In this document: piece by piece, positions 37,409 through 46,592 of the stretch
Layout: every line of letters begins with the position of its first letter
Position numbering within the stretch: position 1 is the stretch's first letter
NCBI GenBank assembly: GCA_049301715.1
Contig: JBAQLH010000021.1
Span: 1 to 64,000 of the forward strand
DNA: 64,000 nt
Direction: 5' to 3'
Source: Anaerolineaceae bacterium
GTDB lineage: Bacteria > Chloroflexota > Anaerolineae > Anaerolineales > Anaerolineaceae
The notes under the pieces: model-generated
Database searches by the model: none
Seen by the model: the letters and a program-made list of their open reading frames with translations, nothing else
Told to the model about the DNA's origin: nothing
Position numbers and translations under genes: made by a program

Positions 37409-40400
37409 TTACTCCGTCGCCTTTGGAGCGTTCGCATCTGGTGTTTCTTTGGTCGAGTAGTCCATGGCAGCCATCTGTTCAAGAAGCGACCAGCGCCGGT
37501 CGGCGTCCTCCTGAGCTTCATTCATGAGCATTTCCGCCCGTTCCTCATCCGATTGGAGCAGCATACGATAACGAGTTTCATTGTAGGCATATTCCGAAAC
37601 CTTTATCGACGGAGCCTTGGAGTCCAACTGGAGCGGATTTTTACCTACAGTAGCCAGGCGAGGATCGTAACGGTATAGCGTCCAGGCACCTGACGCGACT
37701 GCCAATTTTTGTTGGTTCAAGCCCATCTTCATGTCAACACCGTGGGCAATACAATGGCTGTAAGCAATAATCAGAGATGGCCCTTCGTAAGCATCAGCTT
37801 CCACAAAGGCTTTCAGGGTCTGGTTATCGTTTGCGCCCATGGCAACCCGGGCAACATAAATATTTCCGTAGGTCATGGAGATCCTACCCAAATCTTTCTT
37901 GGGTTTGTCCTTTCCATTGGAAGCAAACTTGGCAACAGCACCGCGCGGGGTGGACTTGGAGGACTGGCCGCCGGTGTTCGAATAGACTTCGGTATCCAGG
38001 ACAAGGACGTTTACATCCCGACCGGAGGCGAGGACATGATCCAAACCGCCATAGCCAATATCATAAGCCCAGCCATCACCGCCAATGATCCAAACGCTCT
38101 TGCGCACCAGGTAATCAGCCAGAGAAAGCAGGTTCTTCAGCTCTTCTGCTGGTTGGTCCTTCAGAACTTCCTTCAACTGGGCGACCCGCAGGCGTTGTGC
38201 CTGAATTTCGGCTTCAGTCTTTTGAGTGGCTGTTAATATTCCATTAGCCAGATCTCCACCAACCTCAGCAGTATGCTTGGTCAGCAGTTCACGGGCATAT
38301 TCCGAAAGCTTATCAATTGTCAGACGCATCCCCATGCCAAATTCAGCGTTGTCTTCAAACAGTGAGTTGGACCAGGCTGGTCCTCTGCCTTCGGCATTTT
38401 TGGCCCATGGGGTCGTCGGCAGGTTGCCGCCATAGATGGAGGAACAACCTGTAGCGTTGGCAACCACCATGCGGTCGCCAAAAAGCTGAGTCGCCAGTTT
38501 GATGTAAGGTGTCTCCCCACAGCCACCACAAGCACCAGAAAACTCAAACAGCGGTTCAAACAACTGAGAATTTTTGATCAGGTGAGGTGAGATTGTGGCC
38601 CGGTCAATCAGCGGCAAGGAAAGGAAGAAATCCCAGTTCTTGATCTCGGTTTCCCGGATTGGGGGCTGCGGACGCATGTTGATGGCTTTGCGGCTTGGGT
38701 CGGTCTTGTCTTTCCCGGGGCAATTTTCAACACATAAGCCACAGCCAGTGCAGTCTTCCACAGCTACCTGAACCGTCCAGGAATAACCTTCTTTCCAATC
38801 CTTAGCCTTAGAAGCAGTGGACTTGAAAGTCTCGGGGGCGTTTGATAGCAATTCAGTCTTGTAAATCTTGGTACGGATGGAGGCGTGCGGGCAGACAAAC
38901 GAACAACGTCCGCATTGAATACAAATATCGGGTTCCCATACGGGGACTTCCAGGGCAATGTTGCGTTTCTCCCACCTGGTAGTCGCGGTCGGGAAGGTGC
39001 CATCAACGGGCATCTTGCTGACCGGTACCTCGTCGCCATTGCGGTCAATGATCATACCCAAAACTTCACGAACGTATTCAGGGGCATTGGCTGGAACTGG
39101 GTCGCGTCGGGGTATCGCGCTGGTAACCTGGCTGGGAACAGTAACTTTGTGCATGTTGGCAACAGCTTGATCCACCGCTGCGTAGTTTTTCTTGACCACC
39201 GCTTCACCGCGTTTGCCGTAGGTTTTCTTGATCGATTTCTTGATTTGGGCAAGTGCTTCTTCCTTGGGAAGAATTCCACTGATAGCAAAGAAGCAGGTCT
39301 GCATAATGGTATTAATGCGCTGGCCCATGCCAGTTTTTTCCGCCACGTCGTAGGCGTCAATCACATAGAAGTTGATCTTCTTTTCGATCAAGTCCTTCTG
39401 CATGGTCATTGGCAAGGTATCCCAGACTTCATCGGGTCCATAGATGCTGTTCAAAAGGAAAACAGAACCAGGACGGGCAAATTTGAGCATATCAAAACGT
39501 TCCACAAAACTGACCTGGTGACAGCCAATGAAGTTGGCTTCGCCTTGAGAGATGAAGTAGGGCGCCCGAATAGGATCAACGCCGAAACGCAGGTGAGAAA
39601 CCGTCACACCACCCGACTTTTTCGAGTCATATTCGAAATAACCTTGGGCAAAGTTGTCAGTTTCATCACCAATGATCTTAATGGAATTTTTATTGGCGCC
39701 GACAGTGCCGTCTGAGCCCAACCCAAAGAACATGGCTTGGACTACATTGTCGCCTAAGATTTCGAAAGTGTGATCGTAATCCAAGCTGAGGTGGGTCACA
39801 TCATCGATGATGCCAACGGTGAATTGATGCTTGGGATGCTCTTTCTTGAGTTCATCAAAAACGCCCTTGACCATGGCTGGGGTGAAATCCTTTGAAGAAA
39901 GACCGTAACGGCCACCAATGACAACCGGTGCAGTCGTGAATTGGGCAATTCCTTCGTCCATAGCCACCTGAACACCATTGGCAATATCGACATACAGGGG
40001 TTCACCCAGGGCACCGGATTCCTTGGTTCGATCCAGCACAGCAATTTTCTTGACTGTAGCAGGCAGGGCAGCCATCAGATGCTTAATCGAGAATGGTCGG
40101 TACAGATGAACGACCACTACACCAACTTTCTCACCCTGTTTACTCAGGAATTTGGCTGTTTCACCGGCAGTCTCAGCACCAGATCCCATCAACACAATAA
40201 CGCGTTCCGCGTCTGGGGCACCCACATAATCCATAATCTTGTACTGGCGTCCAGTCAGTGCACCGAATCGGTTCATTTCTTCTTCGACGATGCCAACACA
40301 CGCCTCGTAGTACTTGTTGACGGTCTCACGTCCCTGGAAATATACATCCGGGTTTTGGGCAGTACCGCGTAGAACTGGGACATCGGGGCTGAGGGCACGT

Positions 40401-41014
40401 TTGCGATGCTCAATGATCATCTCATCACTCACCATTGCCCTAATCTCTTCATCGCTTATCCGTTCAATCTTGTTGATTTCATGTGAACTGCGAAAACCAT
40501 CAAAAAAGTGAATAAAGGGGATGCGTGAGCGCAGAGTAGCTGCCTGTGCAATCGTAGCGCAGTCCTGGGCTTCCTGCACAGAGTTACTCGCCAGCATGGC
40601 AAAACCAGTCGAGCGGCAAGCCATCACATCTTGATGATCGCCAAAGATGGAAAGCGCCTGGACAGCCAAAGAACGAGCAGAAACATGGAAAACAGTCGGG
40701 GTCAATTCACCTGCAATTTTGTACATATTCGGGATCATCAATAGCAATCCCTGAGAAGCGGTGAAAGTTGTGGAAAGCGCACCAGCCTGCAAAGCGCCGT
40801 GAATAGCACCAGCCGCGCCGCCCTCAGACTGCATTTCAACTACTAGGGGGACTGTCCCCCAAATGTTCGGAATGCGTTCTGTCATCCATTGATCGGCATA
40901 TTCACCCATTGAAGAGGATGGAGTAATGGGATAAATTGCAATCACTTCATTAAGCCGGTAGGCGACATAGGCAGTCGCCTCATTGGCATCGGTCATGACC
41001 ATTTCATGTTTCAT
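37409..41014 (-). CDS. nifJ: pyruvate:ferredoxin (flavodoxin) oxidoreductase, single-polypeptide PFOR
   Basis: 1201 aa. Domains I, II and III. Two 4Fe-4S ferredoxin motifs (CIQCGRCSFVCP, CTGCGLCVENCP). TPP-binding domain (GGDGWAYDIGYGGLDH). Confidence 0.9.
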   Translation of the reverse strand: MKHEMVMTDANEATAYVAYRLNEVIAIYPITPSSSMGEYADQWMTERIPNIWGTVPLVVEMQSEGGAAGAIHGALQAGALSTTFTASQGLLLMIPNMYKIAGELTPTVFHVSARSLAVQALSIFGDHQDVMACRSTGFAMLASNSVQEAQDCATIAQAATLRSRIPFIHFFDGFRSSHEINKIERISDEEIRAMVSDEMIIEHRKRALSPDVPVLRGTAQNPDVYFQGRETVNKYYEACVGIVEEEMNRFGALTGRQYKIMDYVGAPDAERVIVLMGSGAETAGETAKFLSKQGEKVGVVVVHLYRPFSIKHLMAALPATVKKIAVLDRTKESGALGEPLYVDIANGVQVAMDEGIAQFTTAPVVIGGRYGLSSKDFTPAMVKGVFDELKKEHPKHQFTVGIIDDVTHLSLDYDHTFEILGDNVVQAMFFGLGSDGTVGANKNSIKIIGDETDNFAQGYFEYDSKKSGGVTVSHLRFGVDPIRAPYFISQGEANFIGCHQVSFVERFDMLKFARPGSVFLLNSIYGPDEVWDTLPMTMQKDLIEKKINFYVIDAYDVAEKTGMGQRINTIMQTCFFAISGILPKEEALAQIKKSIKKTYGKRGEAVVKKNYAAVDQAVANMHKVTVPSQVTSAIPRRDPVPANAPEYVREVLGMIIDRNGDEVPVSKMPVDGTFPTATTRWEKRNIALEVPVWEPDICIQCGRCSFVCPHASIRTKIYKTELLSNAPETFKSTASKAKDWKEGYSWTVQVAVEDCTGCGLCVENCPGKDKTDPSRKAINMRPQPPIRETEIKNWDFFLSLPLIDRATISPHLIKNSQLFEPLFEFSGACGGCGETPYIKLATQLFGDRMVVANATGCSSIYGGNLPTTPWAKNAEGRGPAWSNSLFEDNAEFGMGMRLTIDKLSEYARELLTKHTAEVGGDLANGILTATQKTEAEIQAQRLRVAQLKEVLKDQPAEELKNLLSLADYLVRKSVWIIGGDGWAYDIGYGGLDHVLASGRDVNVLVLDTEVYSNTGGQSSKSTPRGAVAKFASNGKDKPKKDLGRISMTYGNIYVARVAMGANDNQTLKAFVEADAYEGPSLIIAYSHCIAHGVDMKMGLNQQKLAVASGAWTLYRYDPRLATVGKNPLQLDSKAPSIKVSEYAYNETRYRMLLQSDEERAEMLMNEAQEDADRRWSLLEQMAAMDYSTKETPDANAPKATE

Positions 41015-41056
41015 ACTTTTGCTCCTTTAATCTAATCGGGTAAAACCCCGGATTTG

Positions 41057-41072
41057 TTGTGTATGCACACAA
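41057..41072. promoter_or_regulatory. inverted repeat TTGTGT-ATGC-ACACAA upstream of PFOR
   Basis: Read directly, 43-58 nt upstream of the PFOR start codon. Arms resemble CRP/FNR/Rex-type half-sites, but the spacing is 2 nt shorter than either consensus. Confidence 0.3.
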
Positions 41073-41237
41073 AAAACAACCGCGTAATCTGCGGAAGGAT
41101 TTTATTCCTTATTGTATCTTAAAAAACGAATTTCTGAAGCCAGATACCCAAAATGCTTAGACAGAATCAGAAGCTTGAGCTCGGATAATAAATCTATTAC
41201 CCCTGCCTTAAGGAAGCCAACCTTTTTACGGAAAACA

Positions 41238-41819
41238 TCAACCTGAGAGTTTCCCAGCCAGCTCTGGGAAGCATTTCAGCAGTTCCGGTAGTGCCAACAA
41301 CAAGGTTGCCAGGGTCTTGCTATCCTGGATTTCGCCACTCCAGGCTTTTTGGTATGCCACTTCAAGCGGGTAGCTGGTCAATTCAAGAAATTCATCCTCG
41401 TCCTGTTCCAAAGGAGCAGGGTGCAAACCCAAGGCAAGGTACACGTTCATGTATTCATTGGCATAACCAGGCGACATGTAAAACCCTCCCAAACTAATAA
41501 GGGCATGGCAGTCCATGCCGATTTCTTCACGCAGTTCCCTGCGTGCGGAGGCATCGGGTTCTTCCCCTTCATCCATCACCCCGGCTGGCAGTTCCAACAG
41601 CACAGCCCCAGTTCCTATTCGGTACTGGGAGACGAAATAAACCTGCCCGGTCTGGTCAACAGGTAAAAGGCTGACCGCATCCGCATGATCCACCAGGTCA
41701 TAGATATGTTCGCGCCCATCAGGCAAGTGAAGCTTGACCTTTTGGATGTCAAAGGCACGCGTTTTCAGGATGGTTTCACGATTCAATATCCAAAATTGGT
41801 TCATGTCATTCCATTTCAA
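41238..41819 (-). CDS. NUDIX hydrolase (ADP-ribose pyrophosphatase-like)
   Basis: Nudix box LELPAGVMDEGEEPDASARRELREEIG. Confidence 0.75.
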   Translation of the reverse strand: MKWNDMNQFWILNRETILKTRAFDIQKVKLHLPDGREHIYDLVDHADAVSLLPVDQTGQVYFVSQYRIGTGAVLLELPAGVMDEGEEPDASARRELREEIGMDCHALISLGGFYMSPGYANEYMNVYLALGLHPAPLEQDEDEFLELTSYPLEVAYQKAWSGEIQDSKTLATLLLALPELLKCFPELAGKLSG

Positions 41820-41914
41820 TAGAGAGCGGGCGAATGATCCTATGAATATCAGGCTGCTTAATCAAGCCTGAGGCGTTGAAGCGCCTCAGGCTATAAATTA
41901 TTGTTGACAACGAC

Positions 41915-42571
41915 TTACGGGATCTGCAGAACTTGCCCTGCGGTCAGGTCATAAGGTTCTGTCAGTCCATTTACCGCGATGATCGCTTCAGGATAGACAT
42001 CGCCATATTCACAGGCAATCGAATAGATCGTTTCTCCGGCGCTGACGGTCCAGGTATCCGGATGTGGCAACTGAGACCGGTCTTCGGTTGGCCAACTGCC
42101 GCTGGTGGGAACATCGAGGACGTCACCAACACTAAGCCAGCTGACATAATTATTCAAAGCCAGCATTTCACTCGGATCCACATCATAACGCCTTGCCAGG
42201 CAGTAAATGGTTTCGCCAGCCTGAACGGTATGCTGGAGCGGCTTGGTGACCATCGGGGTGGCAGGCAATGGGGTGGCAGTCGGGTTGGGGGCTGGCGTAT
42301 TGGTAGGCTGCAGAATCGAGGCAGAGGTTGCCACAACCTGGGTGCCTTCGGCGTTGGTCACCACCTGAGTAGGTTGATTGAATTTGTCCCTAATGGCTTG
42401 GGCAGTCATGGTGGCGCTCATGATCTGCTGATCGACCGGCAGGGGCGTATTCAGGCTGTCAATGATCTCGGGGGTGCTGACAGGGGGAGTGGAAGCAGCT
42501 CTCTCACAAGCTGTCAATGACAGCAGAGCCAGCAGTGAAATTGAAAGGGTCAACCAATATTTTTTTGGCAT
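41915..42571 (-). CDS. LysM-domain lipoprotein (two C-terminal LysM repeats)
   Basis: ATG at 42571 with GGAGA SD gives a lipoprotein signal (LLALLSLTAC). Two LysM motifs (HTVQAGETIYCLARRY..., WTVSAGETIYSIACEY...). The ORF-track N-terminal extension is probably untranslated. Confidence 0.75.
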   Translation of the reverse strand: MPKKYWLTLSISLLALLSLTACERAASTPPVSTPEIIDSLNTPLPVDQQIMSATMTAQAIRDKFNQPTQVVTNAEGTQVVATSASILQPTNTPAPNPTATPLPATPMVTKPLQHTVQAGETIYCLARRYDVDPSEMLALNNYVSWLSVGDVLDVPTSGSWPTEDRSQLPHPDTWTVSAGETIYSIACEYGDVYPEAIIAVNGLTEPYDLTAGQVLQIP

Positions 42572-42736
42572 CGTATTTCTCCAATCTTCCAAACAATTAT
42601 TACTGATAACAGTGCAAGTATCATGCCAGCTACAAGAATCAAACAACCCAGCAAATAATAACCTGCCGGGCTGTTTACGATAATAATACTTGCGCTTGCC
42701 TAGCCCCAAAGACCCGACAAGCTTGGAATGAACAGT

Positions 42737-42934
42737 TTACTTTTTCTTCAGAACGGGAAGCCCGGAAGCAAGTTCCACGACTTCTTTGCCGGCGGGAACT
42801 TTTTCAACTTCTTGTCCTTTGCGAATATCGGTGGCAAAGTAATACAGTTCTGTTTCTTTGCCGCTGGCACGAACAACTTTCTTCAGATGCAGAAAATATT
42901 CCTTACCTTTTGAGTTTTTATAGCTATATGCCAT
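42737..42934 (-). CDS. small basic protein of unknown function (65 aa)
   Basis: Strong AAGGAG SD 7 nt upstream of the ATG. Internal duplication (KGKEYFLHLKKV / ETELYYFATDIRKG). Lys-rich tail. Served by a near-consensus promoter. Confidence 0.5.
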   Translation of the reverse strand: MAYSYKNSKGKEYFLHLKKVVRASGKETELYYFATDIRKGQEVEKVPAGKEVVELASGLPVLKKK

Positions 42935-42979
42935 GATTCATTCTCCTTTATAAATGGATTAATTGACTACTCACTAATT

Positions 42980-43008
42980 AGTGTAATAGGAAAAAAATAA
43001 ATTGTCAA
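42980..43008 (-). promoter_or_regulatory. sigma70-type promoter (TTGACA-17-TACACT) for the small basic protein gene
   Basis: On the minus strand: TTGACAATTTATTTTTTTCCTATTACACT, about 40 nt upstream of the SD. Confidence 0.5.
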
Positions 43009-43034
43009 CATGGGTTTAATGCTTGCTTAATGTT

Positions 43035-45833
43035 TCAAGTGCCCAACCACTTGCTGGCATGTTCGGGTAAATTCAGTAAAGATCCCTGGACCACAGTACA
43101 CCTGGGCAGGGACTCCATGAACAACCGTCCATACTGCTTGCTGGTAACACGCTTATCCAAGATTACCACCACGCCACGGTCAGTCTGAGTGCGGATCAGA
43201 CGGCCGAAGCCTTGCCTGAAACGCAGAATTGCTTCAGGCAGCATATATTCATTAAAAGGATCATCGAAACTTTCAGAACGCGCCGCTATGATCGGATCAC
43301 TGGGAACATCAAAAGGCAGCTTCACAATCACCAGCACCGATAATGCTTCCCCCGGCACATCCACACCTTCCCAGAAAGCTCGCGTCCCCAACAGAACTGC
43401 CCGAGGAGTCTCCTTAAAGACATCCAGCAATGTTGAAGCCGACGCCCCCTCTCCCTGTTCGTAAACGGTAATATCCGCCTTGTTCAACGGTCCTTCAATT
43501 GCCCGGGAAGTCTTTTGCAGTTGTGCATATGAGGTAAAAAGCGCCAGCATCCGACCGCCAGTGGCTTTCGCCAGGCGCACCAGGGTCTCTTCTGTGACCT
43601 TTTGGTGCCCATAGCTGTCACTCGGCTCGGGAATGTCCTGCGGCAGGTAGACCAGGGCGGAGTTTTCGTAATCGAATGGCGATCCAACCATCAATTCATT
43701 GGCATCCTCGGCGTTCAGCCGCCGGCGCAGATAGTCAAACTCACCGTGGGTGGTTAGGGTGGCACTGGTCAGAATTACGCTGGATTTTTCATGCCACAGT
43801 TTTTTCTCCATTAACTCGCCAATGTGCAAGGGCGCAACCTGCAGTGTGATCCGGCGCTGCAATGGATCGAGTTCCACCCAGTAGATCAAGTTCTGATCGG
43901 GTGTCATGGTCAGCCCTTCCACCTGCAAGCCAATTTCTACCAGGCTGTTTGTCATTGTGCCAAGGGTGCCCAACAGGTCTTCCACTTCTTCCTCGCCTGA
44001 TTCAGCCAGCCTGCGCAGCCCCTCGCGGACAGAATTGAGCAGACTGACCAAGTTATCCATGCTTTGCTTAGCCTTTTCCCAGGTGATTTCCACCTCCAAC
44101 CAGGCTGGTAATGTGCGGGTGGAGGGCAGAATGCGTGCCTGTTGGGGATAGGTTCCCATCGGTTTGCCTTCCCTGAGTTCCTCCAAGACAAAATCCAACG
44201 CGTTAAAGTAAGCTGTCATTTCAGTATCAAAGCGAAAAGCCTGGTCGGCTGCCTGGTTTACTGCCTGGTTAATGCCTGCCAGTTCAGAGGGAGTTAGCAG
44301 AGCACTGGCAACATTTATCAAGCGCCCCATAACGCCTTGTTCGGCGCTGCCAATCTCGCGAACTAATCGGGTGACGTCCAATGCTCTCAGGCGGAAAGAC
44401 ATGGCATTAGTTGTAGCAGCTTCCAAATGGTGCGCCTCATCCACGACCAGATAGTTGTACTGGGGCAGGATGCGGTTCTGGGTGGCAGCATCCGCAAGAA
44501 GCAGGGCATGATTGACCACCAAAATATGGGCGCTTTCCGCTGCCATGCGGGCTTTGTAAAACGGGCAGCTTCCGCCAGTGCGCTTGAGACAGGTCTCCAG
44601 CTTGCAGCCTTCGTCCTCCGCCGAGAGACGAGACCAGACCATGCGCTCCATTGGTCCATTCAGATTGATTTCATTGCGATCCCCGGAAGTGCTGCTTTGC
44701 AGCCATACCCGCACCTTTGCCAAAACGCGCAGTTCATCGCTGGTTTCAAGCGGGTGACGGCGCATCAGGGTAAGCCGGCGCGGGCAGAGGTAATTATTCC
44801 TCCCTTTGAGGACAGTGGCGTTTATCTCCATGCCGAGGGCTTCCATCATATCCGGGATGTCTTTTTGGATTAATTGGTCTTGAAGAGCAATGGTGTTGGT
44901 AGAAATTACCACTCTTTCGCCGTTTTGGAGAGCCCAGGCAGCCGCCGGAATCAGGTAAGCCAATGATTTACCCGTACCGGTTCCAGCTTCAACCAGCAGA
45001 TGTTGATTATTGGACAGGGCTTCTGCCACAACCCGCAGCATTTCTATCTGCTGGGAGCGGTGTTCAAATTCCGGGAAATGCCTGGCAAATTCACCTCCAG
45101 GTTCCAAGGTTTCTGCCAGTTTGGCAGTATCGAGTGGGGTAATATACTCCTTAGGAGTAAGCGCTTTGGTGCGCTCGGGTTTGACCAGGTCGTAGAGTAG
45201 CCCACTGGCATCCCCGGCTGCCCTTTTGGGACGGATGCCTGCTTGAGACATTTTTTGCAATCCCCAACGGAAAGGCAATTCACCGCCCCAGCCCAATCCT
45301 TCACTCATACGCAGGATTTCTGCCACCAAGTCAATTGGCAGTTCTTGGATTTTTTCTTCCAGTTTAAGGTAAACCGAACTGCAAGCACTGGCATCATCCA
45401 GGGCACGATGAGTGGCAGGTTGCAAAACCCCCAACAGTTGCCCGAGAGAAGACAGGTTGTAACGGCTGGCGGTTGGCAGCAAAACAGCAGCCAATTCATA
45501 GGTGTCGATAGAAGCATTCGTGCGTAAAGCTCCCGCTTTTCTCATGAAACTCAAATCAAAAGCCACATTATGCCCCACCACCACCGCATCGCCAACAAAA
45601 TCCACCAGTTCCGGCAGCACATCCACCAGCAAGGGGGCATTCTGCACCATGCTATTGGAAATGCCAGTCAGGTTGGTAATGAAGGTCGAAATCGGTTTGC
45701 GGGGATTGACCAGCGTGGAATACTCGGATTCCACTCGATTTTCGGTGAATTTCACTGCCCCAATATCTATGATGGAGTCGAGGTTAGGGTCAAGTCCGGT
45801 TGTTTCAAGGTCCAGGGAGACAAGCACAGGCAT
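43035..45833 (-). CDS. dinG: ATP-dependent helicase DinG with N-terminal DnaQ-like 3'-5' exonuclease domain
   Basis: N-terminal DEDD exonuclease motif (VSLDLETTGLD). Rad3/XPD-type helicase Walker A (EAGTGTGKSLAYL). 4-Cys Fe-S insertion. DEAH box (VVDEAHHL). Start taken at ATG 45833; the ORF track extends to 45968. Confidence 0.8.
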   Translation of the reverse strand: MPVLVSLDLETTGLDPNLDSIIDIGAVKFTENRVESEYSTLVNPRKPISTFITNLTGISNSMVQNAPLLVDVLPELVDFVGDAVVVGHNVAFDLSFMRKAGALRTNASIDTYELAAVLLPTASRYNLSSLGQLLGVLQPATHRALDDASACSSVYLKLEEKIQELPIDLVAEILRMSEGLGWGGELPFRWGLQKMSQAGIRPKRAAGDASGLLYDLVKPERTKALTPKEYITPLDTAKLAETLEPGGEFARHFPEFEHRSQQIEMLRVVAEALSNNQHLLVEAGTGTGKSLAYLIPAAAWALQNGERVVISTNTIALQDQLIQKDIPDMMEALGMEINATVLKGRNNYLCPRRLTLMRRHPLETSDELRVLAKVRVWLQSSTSGDRNEINLNGPMERMVWSRLSAEDEGCKLETCLKRTGGSCPFYKARMAAESAHILVVNHALLLADAATQNRILPQYNYLVVDEAHHLEAATTNAMSFRLRALDVTRLVREIGSAEQGVMGRLINVASALLTPSELAGINQAVNQAADQAFRFDTEMTAYFNALDFVLEELREGKPMGTYPQQARILPSTRTLPAWLEVEITWEKAKQSMDNLVSLLNSVREGLRRLAESGEEEVEDLLGTLGTMTNSLVEIGLQVEGLTMTPDQNLIYWVELDPLQRRITLQVAPLHIGELMEKKLWHEKSSVILTSATLTTHGEFDYLRRRLNAEDANELMVGSPFDYENSALVYLPQDIPEPSDSYGHQKVTEETLVRLAKATGGRMLALFTSYAQLQKTSRAIEGPLNKADITVYEQGEGASASTLLDVFKETPRAVLLGTRAFWEGVDVPGEALSVLVIVKLPFDVPSDPIIAARSESFDDPFNEYMLPEAILRFRQGFGRLIRTQTDRGVVVILDKRVTSKQYGRLFMESLPRCTVVQGSLLNLPEHASKWLGT

Positions 45834-45967
45834 GGGAAGGATTATACCGCACCTGAAAGGGGAAACTGTTTGGACGCATTGCCTCACAATTAATCTTGCT
45901 ATCGAAACATCCGATACCTCAAGATTGACCTTACCAATACGCATGAGGAGTATCGCAAAGCCCGGCA

Positions 45968-46136
45968 TAGGTTGGGTTGAGCAAATAAGGATGGCACTTG
46001 TGATTTCCTCCAGTCAGGCGAAACCAAACAAACACCCAGTCGAGGATACCCCTTGAACCCTCATACGATGTTGGGTTTCGGGCAAAGCATCTCTTTTCAC
46101 GAAGCCATATCCCGTCCTCAACCCAAACTTGTATGA
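45968..46136. repeat. copy C (diverged, with inverted 3' block) of the conserved intergenic element
   Basis: ATAGGTTGGGTTGAGC (45968-45983) is the reverse complement of the 3' block. GTTGGGTTTCG lies at 46070-46080. CGTCCTCAACCCAAACTTGTATGA lies at 46113-46136. Confidence 0.4.
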
Positions 46137-46592
46137 TAAAAGCTGGCTTAACATCACATGGCGGGGCGCGACCTCTACTATCTGGATATTTACAGCTCCG
46201 GATAGATCTGGTTATAGGCTTACGCCTGCTCCAATCGCCAACGTAAAGCAGAAGTCTTCCCGGCTTGCCATATACGTTCAGGGCCATAACAATTTGATCG
46301 GTTAGAGCAATTTTGTATGCTTAGGAAAGAGAACTCTGGAGAGAATTCCATGAGTCTATTTGACCATTTTCCCGTTATTTGCATAGCGCTTTTTACAATA
46401 TGTCTGTCTTTTGTAAATTACTTGGTATTACTCTTCTTTTCAGATGGTTTTATCCTCATTCCATTTTCACAAAGCACTGCCTTCACATCAGGGAAAAACC
46501 AATGACCTCCCAGCCCTGCTTGTACGGAATTAATTCTTTTCTTATACCCTTCGATTATTATGGGTATAATACCGATTGAGGAGTACTGCTTT

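Noticed and set aside
45834-45968. AAAC-T-GTTT palindrome upstream of dinG and GAAC-N4-GATT upstream of uvrA as LexA/Cheo boxes
   Set aside because: Neither matches GAAC-N4-GTTC fully and no lexA is in the window. Kept only as a note inside the uvrA-region finding.
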